DNA of 32,000 nt from Xanthomonas campestris pv. campestris str. ATCC 33913 (GCF_000007145.1 NC_003902.1:4286497-4318496), one strand, 5' to 3'. Counted from the stretch's first letter, positions 19,354 to 27,896 are shown. Made by a program: numbers and translations. The notes: a model not told the origin generated them from the letters alone.

Positions 19354-20268
19354 ATGAGCACCACCGTTCCCATGGCCGAGCGCAGCTACTACGAAGCCGA
19401 CGCGCGCGAGCGCATCGACGGGCTGCTGGACGCCGGCAGCTTCACTGAATTCGTCGGCCCACGTCGCCGCCTGATCAGCCCGCACCTGGCGCAACTCGAC
19501 ACGCCCGGCGCGTTCGACGACGGCATCGTGGTCGGCGAAGGGCGCCTGCGCGGACGCCACGTGCTCATCGCCGCCCAGCAAGGCGCCTTCATGGGCGGTG
19601 GCGTTGGCGAAGTGCATGGCGCCAAACTCACCGGCTTGCTGGAACGCGCCGCAGCCACCACGCCCGATGCGGTGGTGCTGCTGCTCGACACCGGCGGCGT
19701 GCGCCTTCACGAAGCCAATGCCGGCTTGATCGCCATCTCCGAAATCATGCGCGCCACCCTGGGTGCCCGCGCGGCCGGCGTGCCGGTGCTGGCGCTGATC
19801 GGCAGCGGCAATGGCGCCTTCGGCGGCATGGGCATCGTGGCGCGCTGCTGCAGCGCGGTGATCATGTCCGAAGAAGGGCGGCTGTCGTTGTCCGGCCCGG
19901 ACGTGATCGAAACCGTGCGTGGCGTGGAAGAATTCGACGCACGGGACCGCGCGCTGGTATGGCGCGTCACCGGCGGCAAGCACCGCTATTTGATCGGCGA
20001 TGCACAGACGCTGGTGCCCGACCGCATTGCCGCGTTCGCAGACGCCGCGGCCACCACGCTGGACACACTGGCCGAGCCGCAGGGCGATGCCGCGTTGCAG
20101 GCACTGGAGCGCGAACACCACGCGCTGGCGGCGCGCATCACCGCGTATGGCGACTGCCGCGACGGGGTGGAGATCTGGCGCCGCCAGGGCATTGCCGACC
20201 CGGAGCGCTTGCCGCTGCTGGACACCGACGCCTTCCTCGCGGCCACTGCCGACCGGAGCACGCCATGA
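19354..20268 (+). CDS. mdcD: Malonate decarboxylase beta subunit (carboxyltransferase)
   Basis: 304 aa. AGGAG lies 7 nt upstream. SYYEADARERIDGLLDAGSFTEFVGP and the carboxyltransferase-like core AFMGGGVGEVHGAKL...LLLDTGGVRLHEANAGL. Confidence 0.9.
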   Translation: MSTTVPMAERSYYEADARERIDGLLDAGSFTEFVGPRRRLISPHLAQLDTPGAFDDGIVVGEGRLRGRHVLIAAQQGAFMGGGVGEVHGAKLTGLLERAAATTPDAVVLLLDTGGVRLHEANAGLIAISEIMRATLGARAAGVPVLALIGSGNGAFGGMGIVARCCSAVIMSEEGRLSLSGPDVIETVRGVEEFDARDRALVWRVTGGKHRYLIGDAQTLVPDRIAAFADAAATTLDTLAEPQGDAALQALEREHHALAARITAYGDCRDGVEIWRRQGIADPERLPLLDTDAFLAATADRSTP

Positions 20269-20969
20269 CCCTGAGCGCGTTATTCGACCAGCTGTTTCCG
20301 CTGGGCCACGCCATCGCCTGCCACGACGATGTGCTGACCGGCAGCGCCACCACCGCGGCCGGCGAGGTCACCGTGATCGGCACCGCCAACAAGCTGGAGG
20401 TCGGTGTGGACCATGCGCTCGCCCTGGCTGCCACGGTGTTGGCCAGCACGCGCACGCATCCGCAACGGCCGATCGTGATGCTGGCCGACACCGCCGGGCA
20501 ACGGCTGGCACGGGGTGACGAATTGCTCGGCATCAATGGCTATTTCGCGCATCTGGCCAAGTCGCTCGATCTGGCACGCGCACGCGGCGCACGCCTGGTC
20601 ACACTGGTGTACGGCGAATCGGTGAGCGGCGGGTTTCTGTCGTTCGGCTTGATGGCCGATCACATCCACGCTCTGCCGGATGCGCAGATCCGCGTGATGG
20701 ATCTGCGTGCGATGGCGCGCGTAACCAAGCAGACCGTGGACACGCTGCAGGCCTTGAGCAAGAGCTCGCCGGTGTTCGCGCCGGGCGTCGAAAACTACGT
20801 GCGTATGGGCGCAGTGGAATCGCTGTGGGACGGCGACCTGGCGCAAGCCTTGCTCGATGCCCTGGCAACGCCCAGCACCGGTGATCAGCGGCGGACGCTC
20901 GGTGCCGAGCGCGGTGGCCGCACGCTGGCGCGCGATGTCAGCGCCGCCGTGGCAGCGGGCGAGGCCTGA
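20265..20969 (+). CDS. mdcE: Malonate decarboxylase gamma subunit
   Basis: 234 codons from [12 protein letters not shown] (ATG 20265, ATGA overlap with mdcD). [31 protein letters not shown]...[12 protein letters not shown]. Confidence 0.88.
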
Positions 20970-20971
20970 GC

Positions 20972-21613
20972 ATGGCCGGCCGCCACGCCCTGGTGTGGTT
21001 ACGGGCAGATGCGCCCTCGCAGGCGCTCACGCCTGGCGCACAGCCGCGGCTGCAGGCCTGGTTTGCAGCGGGGTTTCCGGCAGTGGTTGCACGCCGCGAT
21101 GGCGCTGAACAGCCCGGCCAGGTGCGGTTGGGCGTGCCCTTGCCACCTGCGCAAGGCAAACAGCGCATTGCGTTGTGCGCGCAAGTGAGCGACATCGCCC
21201 GCAGCGTGCCTGCGCTGGCCTTGCCCGAGGTCATCTCGCATGCGCCACCGCAGTGGCAGGCCGCGCTGCACGCGCTGCAGGCGCAGGCCACAGCCATCGG
21301 CATGCAGCCGCGCGTCTTCGGCAGCTTTGCGTTTCAGGCAGTGACCGGGCTGCCGTATGTGCATGCCGCTTCGGACGTGGATCTGCTGTGGACACTGGAC
21401 ACGCCAACGCAGGCGCACGCGGTGGTCACGCTGCTGCAGCAGTGGGAACACGTCACGGCACGACGTGCCGATGGCGAACTGCTGCTGCCCGACGGCAACG
21501 CGGTGAACTGGCGCGAATATGCCGGGGACGCGCAGCAGGTGCTGGTGAAGCGCAACGACGGATGCCGGTTGCTGCCGCGCACCGCGCTGTTTCCAGAGCG
21601 GTGCGCAGCATGA
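20972..21613 (+). CDS. mdcG: Malonate decarboxylase holo-ACP synthase (phosphoribosyl-dephospho-CoA transferase)
   Basis: 213 aa. [24 protein letters not shown] nucleotidyltransferase motif. Position within the mdc cluster. Confidence 0.85.
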
Positions 21614-22776
21614 ATATGCGTGCAGCACATCACCCTGCATCGCGGGGCATCACCGCAGCCCCCGTAGGAGCGCGCCCGGGCGCGACGGGCATTCCCGGTA
21701 ACGCGCCCGAAACAGCGTGCGCTATCGATATGGAGGGCACTCGTCTGTCCTCGGTCACCACTGGCCTAGCGTCAGCGCCTGGCATCGTAAGCAGCAGCAC
21801 GCTGCCGAATCGCGCTACGCAGGCACTCCACGCCGATGCGGCGCCTCGGCAAGTTCCAGTGTCCACAGGCGAAAGACCGCGCCACGTTCCACACGCAAGC
21901 GCTATCACTGACACGGAGACGCACACCCCCGCGGGCGTGCCATCTGCAGCAACTGCATCGCACCTGGCCCACCGCCTGGGCCGCCTGGCGGTATGCGCAC
22001 TGCACGCCGAGCTGGCCTGCGCGCCCAAGCCGGGCCTGGTCACGCCGTTCGATGCAGGCAGCCATACCGACATGGATGCGTCCACCTTCCTGCGCAGCCT
22101 GTTTGCGTTGCGTGGCTATTTTGTGGCCATCGCACAGGCCGGAATTGCGCAGGCGCCGTTCGAGCACCTGCGCCAGCTCGGCATTGCTGCCGAGGCCGCG
22201 ATGGCGCGTGCCACCGGCGGCATCAACACCCACCGTGGCGCCATCTTCAGCCTCGGCCTGCTCACTGCACAGGCAGCGCGCCTGCGTGCGGTGCATGGGC
22301 GCCAGCCCAGCGGCGAGCAGGTGTGTTGCGCAGTGCAGGCGTGGAGCGCCGCGCTGCAGGCCGCACCGCTGGATTCCCAAAGTCACGGCCAACGCATGCG
22401 TGCGCAGTACCGCGTGGCCGGTGTGCGCGAGCAGGCCGCAGCCGGCTACCCCCTGCTACGCGATGTGGCCTTGCCGTCGCTGCGTGCCGCGCTGGCTGGC
22501 GGCGCATCGCGTGAGGCGGCCTTGGCGCAGACGTTGATGCAGCTCATCGCCGAGGTAGACGATCTCAATCTGCTGCATCGTGGCGGCCAGGCCGGCTTGG
22601 CACATGCGCAACAGCAGGCGCGCGCGTTCCTGGCGGCCGGCGGCATTGCACAGGCGGGCTGGCGTGCGCAGCTGGCACGGATCGGTGACGGATTCGTCGT
22701 CCGCCGGCTCAGCCCGGGCGGCAGCGCCGACCTGTTGGCCTGTGCGTGGTTTTTGCATGCGCAGGAGGCGCTGTAA
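21610..22776 (+). CDS. mdcB: Triphosphoribosyl-dephospho-CoA synthase (MdcB/CitG family). True start uncertain.
   Basis: The conserved CitG/MdcB core starts near [34 protein letters not shown] (about 21960). The frame is open back to ATG 21610 (ATGA overlap with mdcG), through about 115 codons of non-conserved, REP-containing sequence. Alternative starts are ATG 21730 or GTG about 21937. Confidence 0.8.
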
Positions 22777-22939
22777 GCATGCGCACCGCACTGCTGGCAG
22801 CACAGCTTTCAAGTGTGCCGGCTGGATGCGCGTCAGGTCTGCAGGGCAAACAGCAATACCTGCGCGGCAATGGCCAGCGCGCACGCCGCCACAACGACAC
22901 GCGCGGCACGCGTCAGGCGCACACATCGCGAGGCTGCGC

Positions 22940-23860
22940 ATGAGCCTCGCCATCCTGTGCCCAGGGCAGGGCGGCCAACACGCCGGCATGTTCGCGCGCA
23001 TCGCGCAGCTGCCCGTGGCCTCCGAGGTGATCGCCACCGCTGCCAGCGTGCTTGGCGCCGATCCCATCGCACTCGCTGCCGATCCGCGTCGCTTCGACAA
23101 CGCCATTGCGCAACCGCTGGTCTGCGCCGGCACGTTGGCGCATTGGCAGGCATTGCGTGCGCAGTTGCCCACCCCAACCCTGGTGCTCGGCTACAGCGTG
23201 GGCGAGCTTACCGCGCACGCGGTGGCCGGCAGCATCGATATCCCTACCTGCCTGCACCTCGCGGCCACCCGCGCACGGGTGATGGATGCCGCCAGCCCGG
23301 CAGACGCCGGCCTGATGGCCGTGGTCGGCCTGCCGATCACCGCCTTGGACGCGCTCTGCCAGAGCCATGGCGTGGCCCTAGCGATCATCAACGGCGACGA
23401 CCATGCCGTGCTCGGCGGGCCGCGCAGTGCGCTGGCCGCACTGGGCAACGATGCCTCCGCGCGCGGGGCCCGCGTCACCCACTTGCCGGTCAGCGTGCCG
23501 GCGCATACGCACTGGCTGCAGCCGGCCGCCGATGCGTTCGCCGCGGTGCTGCAGGACAGCGCCGTGCGTGCGCCAATGCATCGCGTGCTGGCCGGCATCG
23601 ATGCGCGTGCCGTTACTACGCCACAGGCGGTGGTGAGCAGCCTGTCTGCGCAGATCGCGCGCACCGTGCGCTGGCATGACGTGCTGGTGCAGGCCGCCGA
23701 ACGTGGCGCGCGGGTGTTTCTCGAACTTGGCCCGGGCAGCGCGCTGGCACGCATGGCGCGTGAGCTGCTGCCCGCGTGCGAAGCGCGCTCGGTGGAAGAT
23801 TTCCACAGCCTGGACGGTGCCGCCGAGTGGGTGAGCGCCGCCTGCGAGCGTGTGGCGTGA
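22940..23860 (+). CDS. mdcH: Malonyl-CoA:ACP transacylase (malonate decarboxylase epsilon subunit)
   Basis: 306 codons from MSLAILCPGQGGQHAGMF. FabD-like nucleophile elbow LGYSVGELTAHAVAG. Confidence 0.9.
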   Translation: MSLAILCPGQGGQHAGMFARIAQLPVASEVIATAASVLGADPIALAADPRRFDNAIAQPLVCAGTLAHWQALRAQLPTPTLVLGYSVGELTAHAVAGSIDIPTCLHLAATRARVMDAASPADAGLMAVVGLPITALDALCQSHGVALAIINGDDHAVLGGPRSALAALGNDASARGARVTHLPVSVPAHTHWLQPAADAFAAVLQDSAVRAPMHRVLAGIDARAVTTPQAVVSSLSAQIARTVRWHDVLVQAAERGARVFLELGPGSALARMARELLPACEARSVEDFHSLDGAAEWVSAACERVA

Positions 23861-23949
23861 GGTGCGGTTGACCGTGGTGCACAGGTAGTAACCCTGGGGT
23901 GGCGGGCGGCCATCCGTGCTGTACGCGTATCAGGTGTCTGGGAGGGCGC

Positions 23950-25305
23950 ATGACCCCGCAAATTGCAACGATTCTTGGCTTGGTGATCATGTTCATCGTG
24001 GCCACCGCATTGCCCATCAACATGGGTGCGGTGGCCTTCGCGCTGGCCTTCATCATCGGTGGCGTGTGGGTGGGGCTGGACGGCAAGGAGGTCCTGGCCG
24101 GCTTCCCGGGCGATCTGTTCCTCACCCTGGTCGGCATCACCTATCTGTTCGCCATCGCGCAGAAGAACGGCACCATCGATCTGCTGGTGCACTGGGCGGT
24201 CCGCGCAGTGCGTGGGCGCATTGTGGCCATCCCGTGGGTGATGTTCGTCATCACCGGCCTGCTCACCGCGTTTGGTGCGTTGGGGCCGGCGGCAGTGGCC
24301 ATCATCGGCCCGGTGGCACTGCGCTTTGCCAAGCAATACCGCATCAATCCCTTGATGATGGGCCTGCTGGTGATCCACGGCGCGCAGGGCGGCGGGTTTT
24401 CGCCCATCAGCGTGTATGGCGGCATCACCAACAAGGTGGTGGAAAAGGCCGGGCTCGATGTCACCGAGATGGCCGTATTCCTCACCAGCCTGGGCTTCAA
24501 CCTGATGATGGCGATCATTTGCTTCTGCGCCTTTGGTGGCCTGCAGTTGATGCGCCGCAACGAGCTGTCGCTGGCCGATGCGCAGTACGTGCCGGTGGCC
24601 GACGACCAGGCCTCCAAGCGCCCGTTCGCCATCGAAGGCCACGGTGCGTTGGTGGCGGCCGGCGGCGGCACCTTGTCGACCAACCCGCTCGCGCTGGAAG
24701 CGGTGGCCATCACCCGCGACCGCGTGATCACCCTGGTCGGCCTGCTCGGGCTGGGCGTGGCTGCGCTGGTCTACAACCTCAACGTCGGCCTGGTGTCGAT
24801 CACCGTTGCGGTGGCACTGGCGCTGATTTCGCCCAGCGCGCAGAAAGGCGCAGTGGATGGCATCAGCTGGTCCACGGTGTTGTTGATCAGCGGCGTGGTG
24901 ACCTATGTGGCGGTGCTGGAAGAGGCTGGTGCGGTGGATTACATCGGCACCGGCGTCTCGCACATCGGCATGCCGCTGCTGGGCGCGTTGCTGGTCTGCT
25001 ACGTGGGCGGCATCGTGTCGGCGTTTGCCTCGTCGGCGGCGGTGCTCGGTGCCACCATTCCGCTGGCGGTGCCGTTCCTGATGCAAGGGCATCTGGGCGC
25101 GGCCGGTGTGATCTGCGCATTGGCGGTGTCGTCCACCATCGTCGATGTCAGCCCGTTTTCCACCAATGGCGCGCTGGTGGTGGCCTCGGCCGCCAAGGAA
25201 GAGCGCGACGCGCTGTTCCGCCGTTTCCTGGTCTATAGCGGCCTGGTAGTGGTGCTCGGCCCTCTGGCGGCGTGGCTGCTGTTCGTGGTGCCGGGTTGGC
25301 TGTGA
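23950..25305 (+). CDS. MatC-like dicarboxylate (malonate) carrier
   Basis: 451 codons from MTPQIATILGLVIMFIV (ATG 23950, GGGAGGG upstream). Polytopic membrane protein. Its N-terminal region resembles the Rhizobium MatC carrier family (assignment from memory). Located directly after mdcH. Confidence 0.75.
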   Translation: MTPQIATILGLVIMFIVATALPINMGAVAFALAFIIGGVWVGLDGKEVLAGFPGDLFLTLVGITYLFAIAQKNGTIDLLVHWAVRAVRGRIVAIPWVMFVITGLLTAFGALGPAAVAIIGPVALRFAKQYRINPLMMGLLVIHGAQGGGFSPISVYGGITNKVVEKAGLDVTEMAVFLTSLGFNLMMAIICFCAFGGLQLMRRNELSLADAQYVPVADDQASKRPFAIEGHGALVAAGGGTLSTNPLALEAVAITRDRVITLVGLLGLGVAALVYNLNVGLVSITVAVALALISPSAQKGAVDGISWSTVLLISGVVTYVAVLEEAGAVDYIGTGVSHIGMPLLGALLVCYVGGIVSAFASSAAVLGATIPLAVPFLMQGHLGAAGVICALAVSSTIVDVSPFSTNGALVVASAAKEERDALFRRFLVYSGLVVVLGPLAAWLLFVVPGWL

Positions 25306-25384
25306 GCCGGCATGCCGCCAGCAGGGCAGGGGGGCGCGCCCGTAGAATGGGCGCCCTCTTCCTTGCCACGACGATGTTCCCGCC

Positions 25385-26104
25385 ATGACCCTCGCCCCCG
25401 ATTCGCGCACGACCAAGAAGCGCGTACCGCTCTACGAGGAAGTGGCCGAGCGCCTGCGCCAGAAGATCTACGACTACGTGCTGCCACCGGGCGAATGGAT
25501 CGACGAACCCGCCCTGGCCGAGGAACTGGGCATCAGCCGTACCCCGCTGCGCGAGAGCCTCAAGCTGCTGGCGGCCGAAGGCCTGGTGCAGCTGGACGCC
25601 GGCCGTGGCAGCCGGGTCACGCGCTTGTCGCTGGAAGACCTCAACCAGCTGTTCCCGGTGATGGCGATGCTGGAAGGCCGCTGCGCGCACGACGCGGTCA
25701 AGCGCATCGACGCGGCCGGCGTGCAGCGATTGGAGGAACTGCATGCGGCGATGGAAGCGGCCTCTGCTGCTGGCGACCTTGCCGAGTACTACCGCAACAA
25801 TTATCTGATCCACGAAACCGTGCAGCACTACGCCGGCAATCCGTGGTTGATCCGCGTCACCCACGATCTGCACCGCATTCTCAAGATGCACCGCGGCAGG
25901 CAGTTGCTCACGCCCGGACGCATGGCGCAGTCGTTGGCCGAGCATCGGGAATTGATGGAGTGCGTGAGGCGCGGCGATGCGGAAGGTGCCGAGCGGACCA
26001 TGCACACGCATCTGTTGAGTCAGGGGCAGGCGTTGGCGGCGTATGTGGCGGCGGGGGGGATGTTGAATGTGCCTGCGCCGTTGCCGCGGTCGGGTGGGGT
26101 TTAG
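25385..26104 (+). CDS. GntR/FadR-family transcriptional regulator (MatR/MdcY-like)
   Basis: 239 aa. N-terminal winged helix LYEEVAERLRQKIYDYVLPPGEWIDEPALAEELGISRTPLRESLKLLAAEGLV. FCD-type C-terminal domain. Confidence 0.85.
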   Translation: MTLAPDSRTTKKRVPLYEEVAERLRQKIYDYVLPPGEWIDEPALAEELGISRTPLRESLKLLAAEGLVQLDAGRGSRVTRLSLEDLNQLFPVMAMLEGRCAHDAVKRIDAAGVQRLEELHAAMEAASAAGDLAEYYRNNYLIHETVQHYAGNPWLIRVTHDLHRILKMHRGRQLLTPGRMAQSLAEHRELMECVRRGDAEGAERTMHTHLLSQGQALAAYVAAGGMLNVPAPLPRSGGV

Positions 26105-26294
26105 GGGGTTTTTGTTCTGCTGTTGGGGGGCGTTGTTCGCTGGGTGGGTGAGGGTGCAGCGGCATGTGGCTGTTTCGCTGTCGCGAATCTTGGGCAGTAT
26201 TTCGGGGTGTTCTAAGTGCGGTGCAATTGCGAAGTGCGGAGCACGGCAAAGTGCAGGGCACGGCAAGTGCAGGGCTTTCGCGCCTGCGGCGCGA

Positions 26295-26367
26295 GTTCCT
26301 TTTGTCTTGGCAAAAGGAACCAAAACCGCTGTCGCCGACGCAATCCGGTGCGGTGAAGCCGCACCGG
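26295..26367. other. Two strong hairpins in non-coding DNA (probably part of a dispersed repeat element)
   Basis: GTTCCTTTTG-tcttgg-CAAAAGGAAC (26295-26320, 10-bp stem) and CCGGTGCGG-tgaag-CCGCACCGG (26345-26367, 9-bp stem). Confidence 0.5.
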
Positions 26368-26495
26368 TGCCCTGCGCTCCTCGCCACGCGCGGCACGGCG
26401 CCCAAACTCGCTACGCTCAGACAAGGGCGCCTCTTCGGCCACGCGTGACTGCGGTGCTCGGCTTGCTTTAAGGCGACTTGGAGGGAGCCAAGGCA

Positions 26496-26656
26496 AACGG
26501 CAGAGCAAGGCCAACAACAGAGCAAAAGCCAACGGCAGAGCAAAGGCCAACGGCAGAGCAAAGGCCAACGGCAGAGCAAAGGTCAACGGCAGAGCAAAGG
26601 TCAACGGCAGAGCAAAGGTCAACGGCAGAGCAAAGGTCAACGACAGAGCAAAGGCC
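26496..26656. repeat. 18-bp tandem repeat, 9 units (VNTR-like)
   Basis: AACGGCAGAGCAAAGG(C/T)C repeated head to tail. Units 1, 2 and 9 are degenerate. Units 3-4 have ...GGCC and units 5-8 have ...GGTC. Followed by (GGCAGA)x3. Confidence 0.9.
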
Positions 26657-26714
26657 GACGCTCAAAATATGGGCAGAGGCAGAGGCAGAGGCGATCCGCA
26701 CGAACACGTAAACC

Positions 26715-27350
26715 ACTCCCTTCTCCCCTCGGGAGAAGGTGCCCGAAGGGCGGATGAGGGTACGGGTGCTGCACTACGCTTGGCCAACGCTAGCAGCCAG
26801 CGCAGTGGTCGTCAGGTGTATGTGGAGAGGTGCGTCGTACGTCCGGTTCCTCTTGGAAAGGTTCCCGAAGGTCATGAGAGCGCGGTGCTGCAATAGGCCC
26901 ATGCAATTCGAGTAAATCCGCTCAGATGTTCAATCAGGTGCGTGTTGGGCAGTCGCGTCAGTACGTCCGGCTCTCATCCGGGAAGGCGCAAAAGGAAAAG
27001 ACGAGGCGGCTGCAGTGCTAACGCTCGGGCATCGCAAGCAATCGTTCAACTTGTTCAATCAGTGCATGTTGGGTAGATGCGTCCAGCACTTCCGGCTCTG
27101 CTCCGGCAAGGTGCCTAACAAATAGACGAGGCTGCGGCTGCAGCGCTAACGCTCGGGCAACGCAAGCGATCCCTCAACCTGTTCAATCAGTGCATGTTGG
27201 GCAGATGCGTCCAGCACGTTTGGCTTTCCTCGAACAACGATCCAAAGGACAGGCCAGGCGACAGTTGAAGCGCTAATGCCCAGGCAAAGCAATCAACCCC
27301 TCAACCTCTTCAATCAGGTGTGTGTTTGGCAGTTGCATGAAAACGTCCGG
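26715..27350. repeat. About 125-128 bp tandem array (5 units) whose last unit is the 3' end of the HAD gene
   Basis: The (a/g)cgtccgg / cttccgg / gtttgg anchors end at 26846, 26970, 27095, 27223 and 27350. The gttcaatcag blocks start at 26928, 27053, 27181 and 27309. Minus-strand stop codons are at 27018, 27146 and 27273. Confidence 0.75.
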
Positions 27351-27896
27351 ATGGGCGTAACCCCAGGCAACCGCAGCAAATGGGAGGCCAAGCACCTGTG
27401 CGGCTTCCCAGTCGGCGACTTGGTCGCCGACGTAGATGGCTTGTGCCGCGGTGTGGCCGGTGGCGCGTAGCACGCGGCGCAGGGCGCGGTGTTTGCCTAG
27501 CAGGTGGGCGCCGCCTTCGAAGACGGCGAACAGGGCGCTTAGTTCCGCGCCGAGGGCGCGTTGCACGTTATCCACAGAGTTGGACGACACCAGGGCCAGC
27601 CGTGTGCCGCTGGCGTGGAGCGCGCGCAGTGCCGCGTCCACGCCCGGGAACAGTGCGGGCGGCGGTGCAGCGCGCATCAGGCGGATGAAGTCGGCGGCCA
27701 CCAGCGGCACACGCCAGCTGCGTAGGCCTGAGTGTTTGAGTAATTCGCGGGTGGTCAGCCGGCGCGCGGCATCCACTTCATGCGCTTCGGCGGCGCGGAA
27801 GCCGTGACGGGCGGCCAGGGTGCGCTGGGTGCTCAGGAAAAAACCGAACGAATCGGCCAACGTGCCGTCGAAATCGAAAATGATCAGTGCAGGCAT
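27273..27896 (-). CDS. HAD-superfamily hydrolase (phosphoglycolate phosphatase-like)
   Basis: 207 codons from MPALIIFDFDGTLADSF (motif I DxDGT). LALVSSNS (motif II). K...YVGDQVADWEAA (motifs III/IV). Confidence 0.85.
   Translation of the reverse strand: MPALIIFDFDGTLADSFGFFLSTQRTLAARHGFRAAEAHEVDAARRLTTRELLKHSGLRSWRVPLVAADFIRLMRAAPPPALFPGVDAALRALHASGTRLALVSSNSVDNVQRALGAELSALFAVFEGGAHLLGKHRALRRVLRATGHTAAQAIYVGDQVADWEAAQVLGLPFAAVAWGYAHPDVFMQLPNTHLIEEVEGLIALPGH

Noticed and set aside
18865-20121. 418-aa minus-strand ORF across the REP array and mdcD
   Set aside because: It is antisense to mdcD. It is open only because of GC bias and the 99-bp periodic repeat.
22833-22922. 29-aa hydrophobic minus-strand mini-ORF (VRLTRAARVVVAACALAIAAQVLLFALQT) in the mdcB-mdcH gap
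   Set aside because: It has a GTG start with no visible Shine-Dalgarno sequence. It is antisense within an operon, and a hydrophobic stretch is expected by chance in GC-rich sequence. It would merit attention only if Ribo-seq supports it.
23191-25416. 741-aa minus-strand ORF
   Set aside because: It is antisense to mdcH and the MatC-like carrier. The translation is His/Arg/Gln-rich and non-protein-like.
26496-26656. Possible CRISPR array
   Set aside because: The units are contiguous with no spacers, the unit is only 18 bp, and there are no cas genes. This is a simple tandem repeat.
26212-26711. Repeat-peptide ORFs (26478..26711 + TAEQRP repeats; 26212..26640 - LPLTFA repeats; 26468..26716 -)
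   Set aside because: All frames are open only because the 18-bp unit lacks stops. There is no RBS or start context and no flanking coding signal. Treated as a non-coding tandem repeat.
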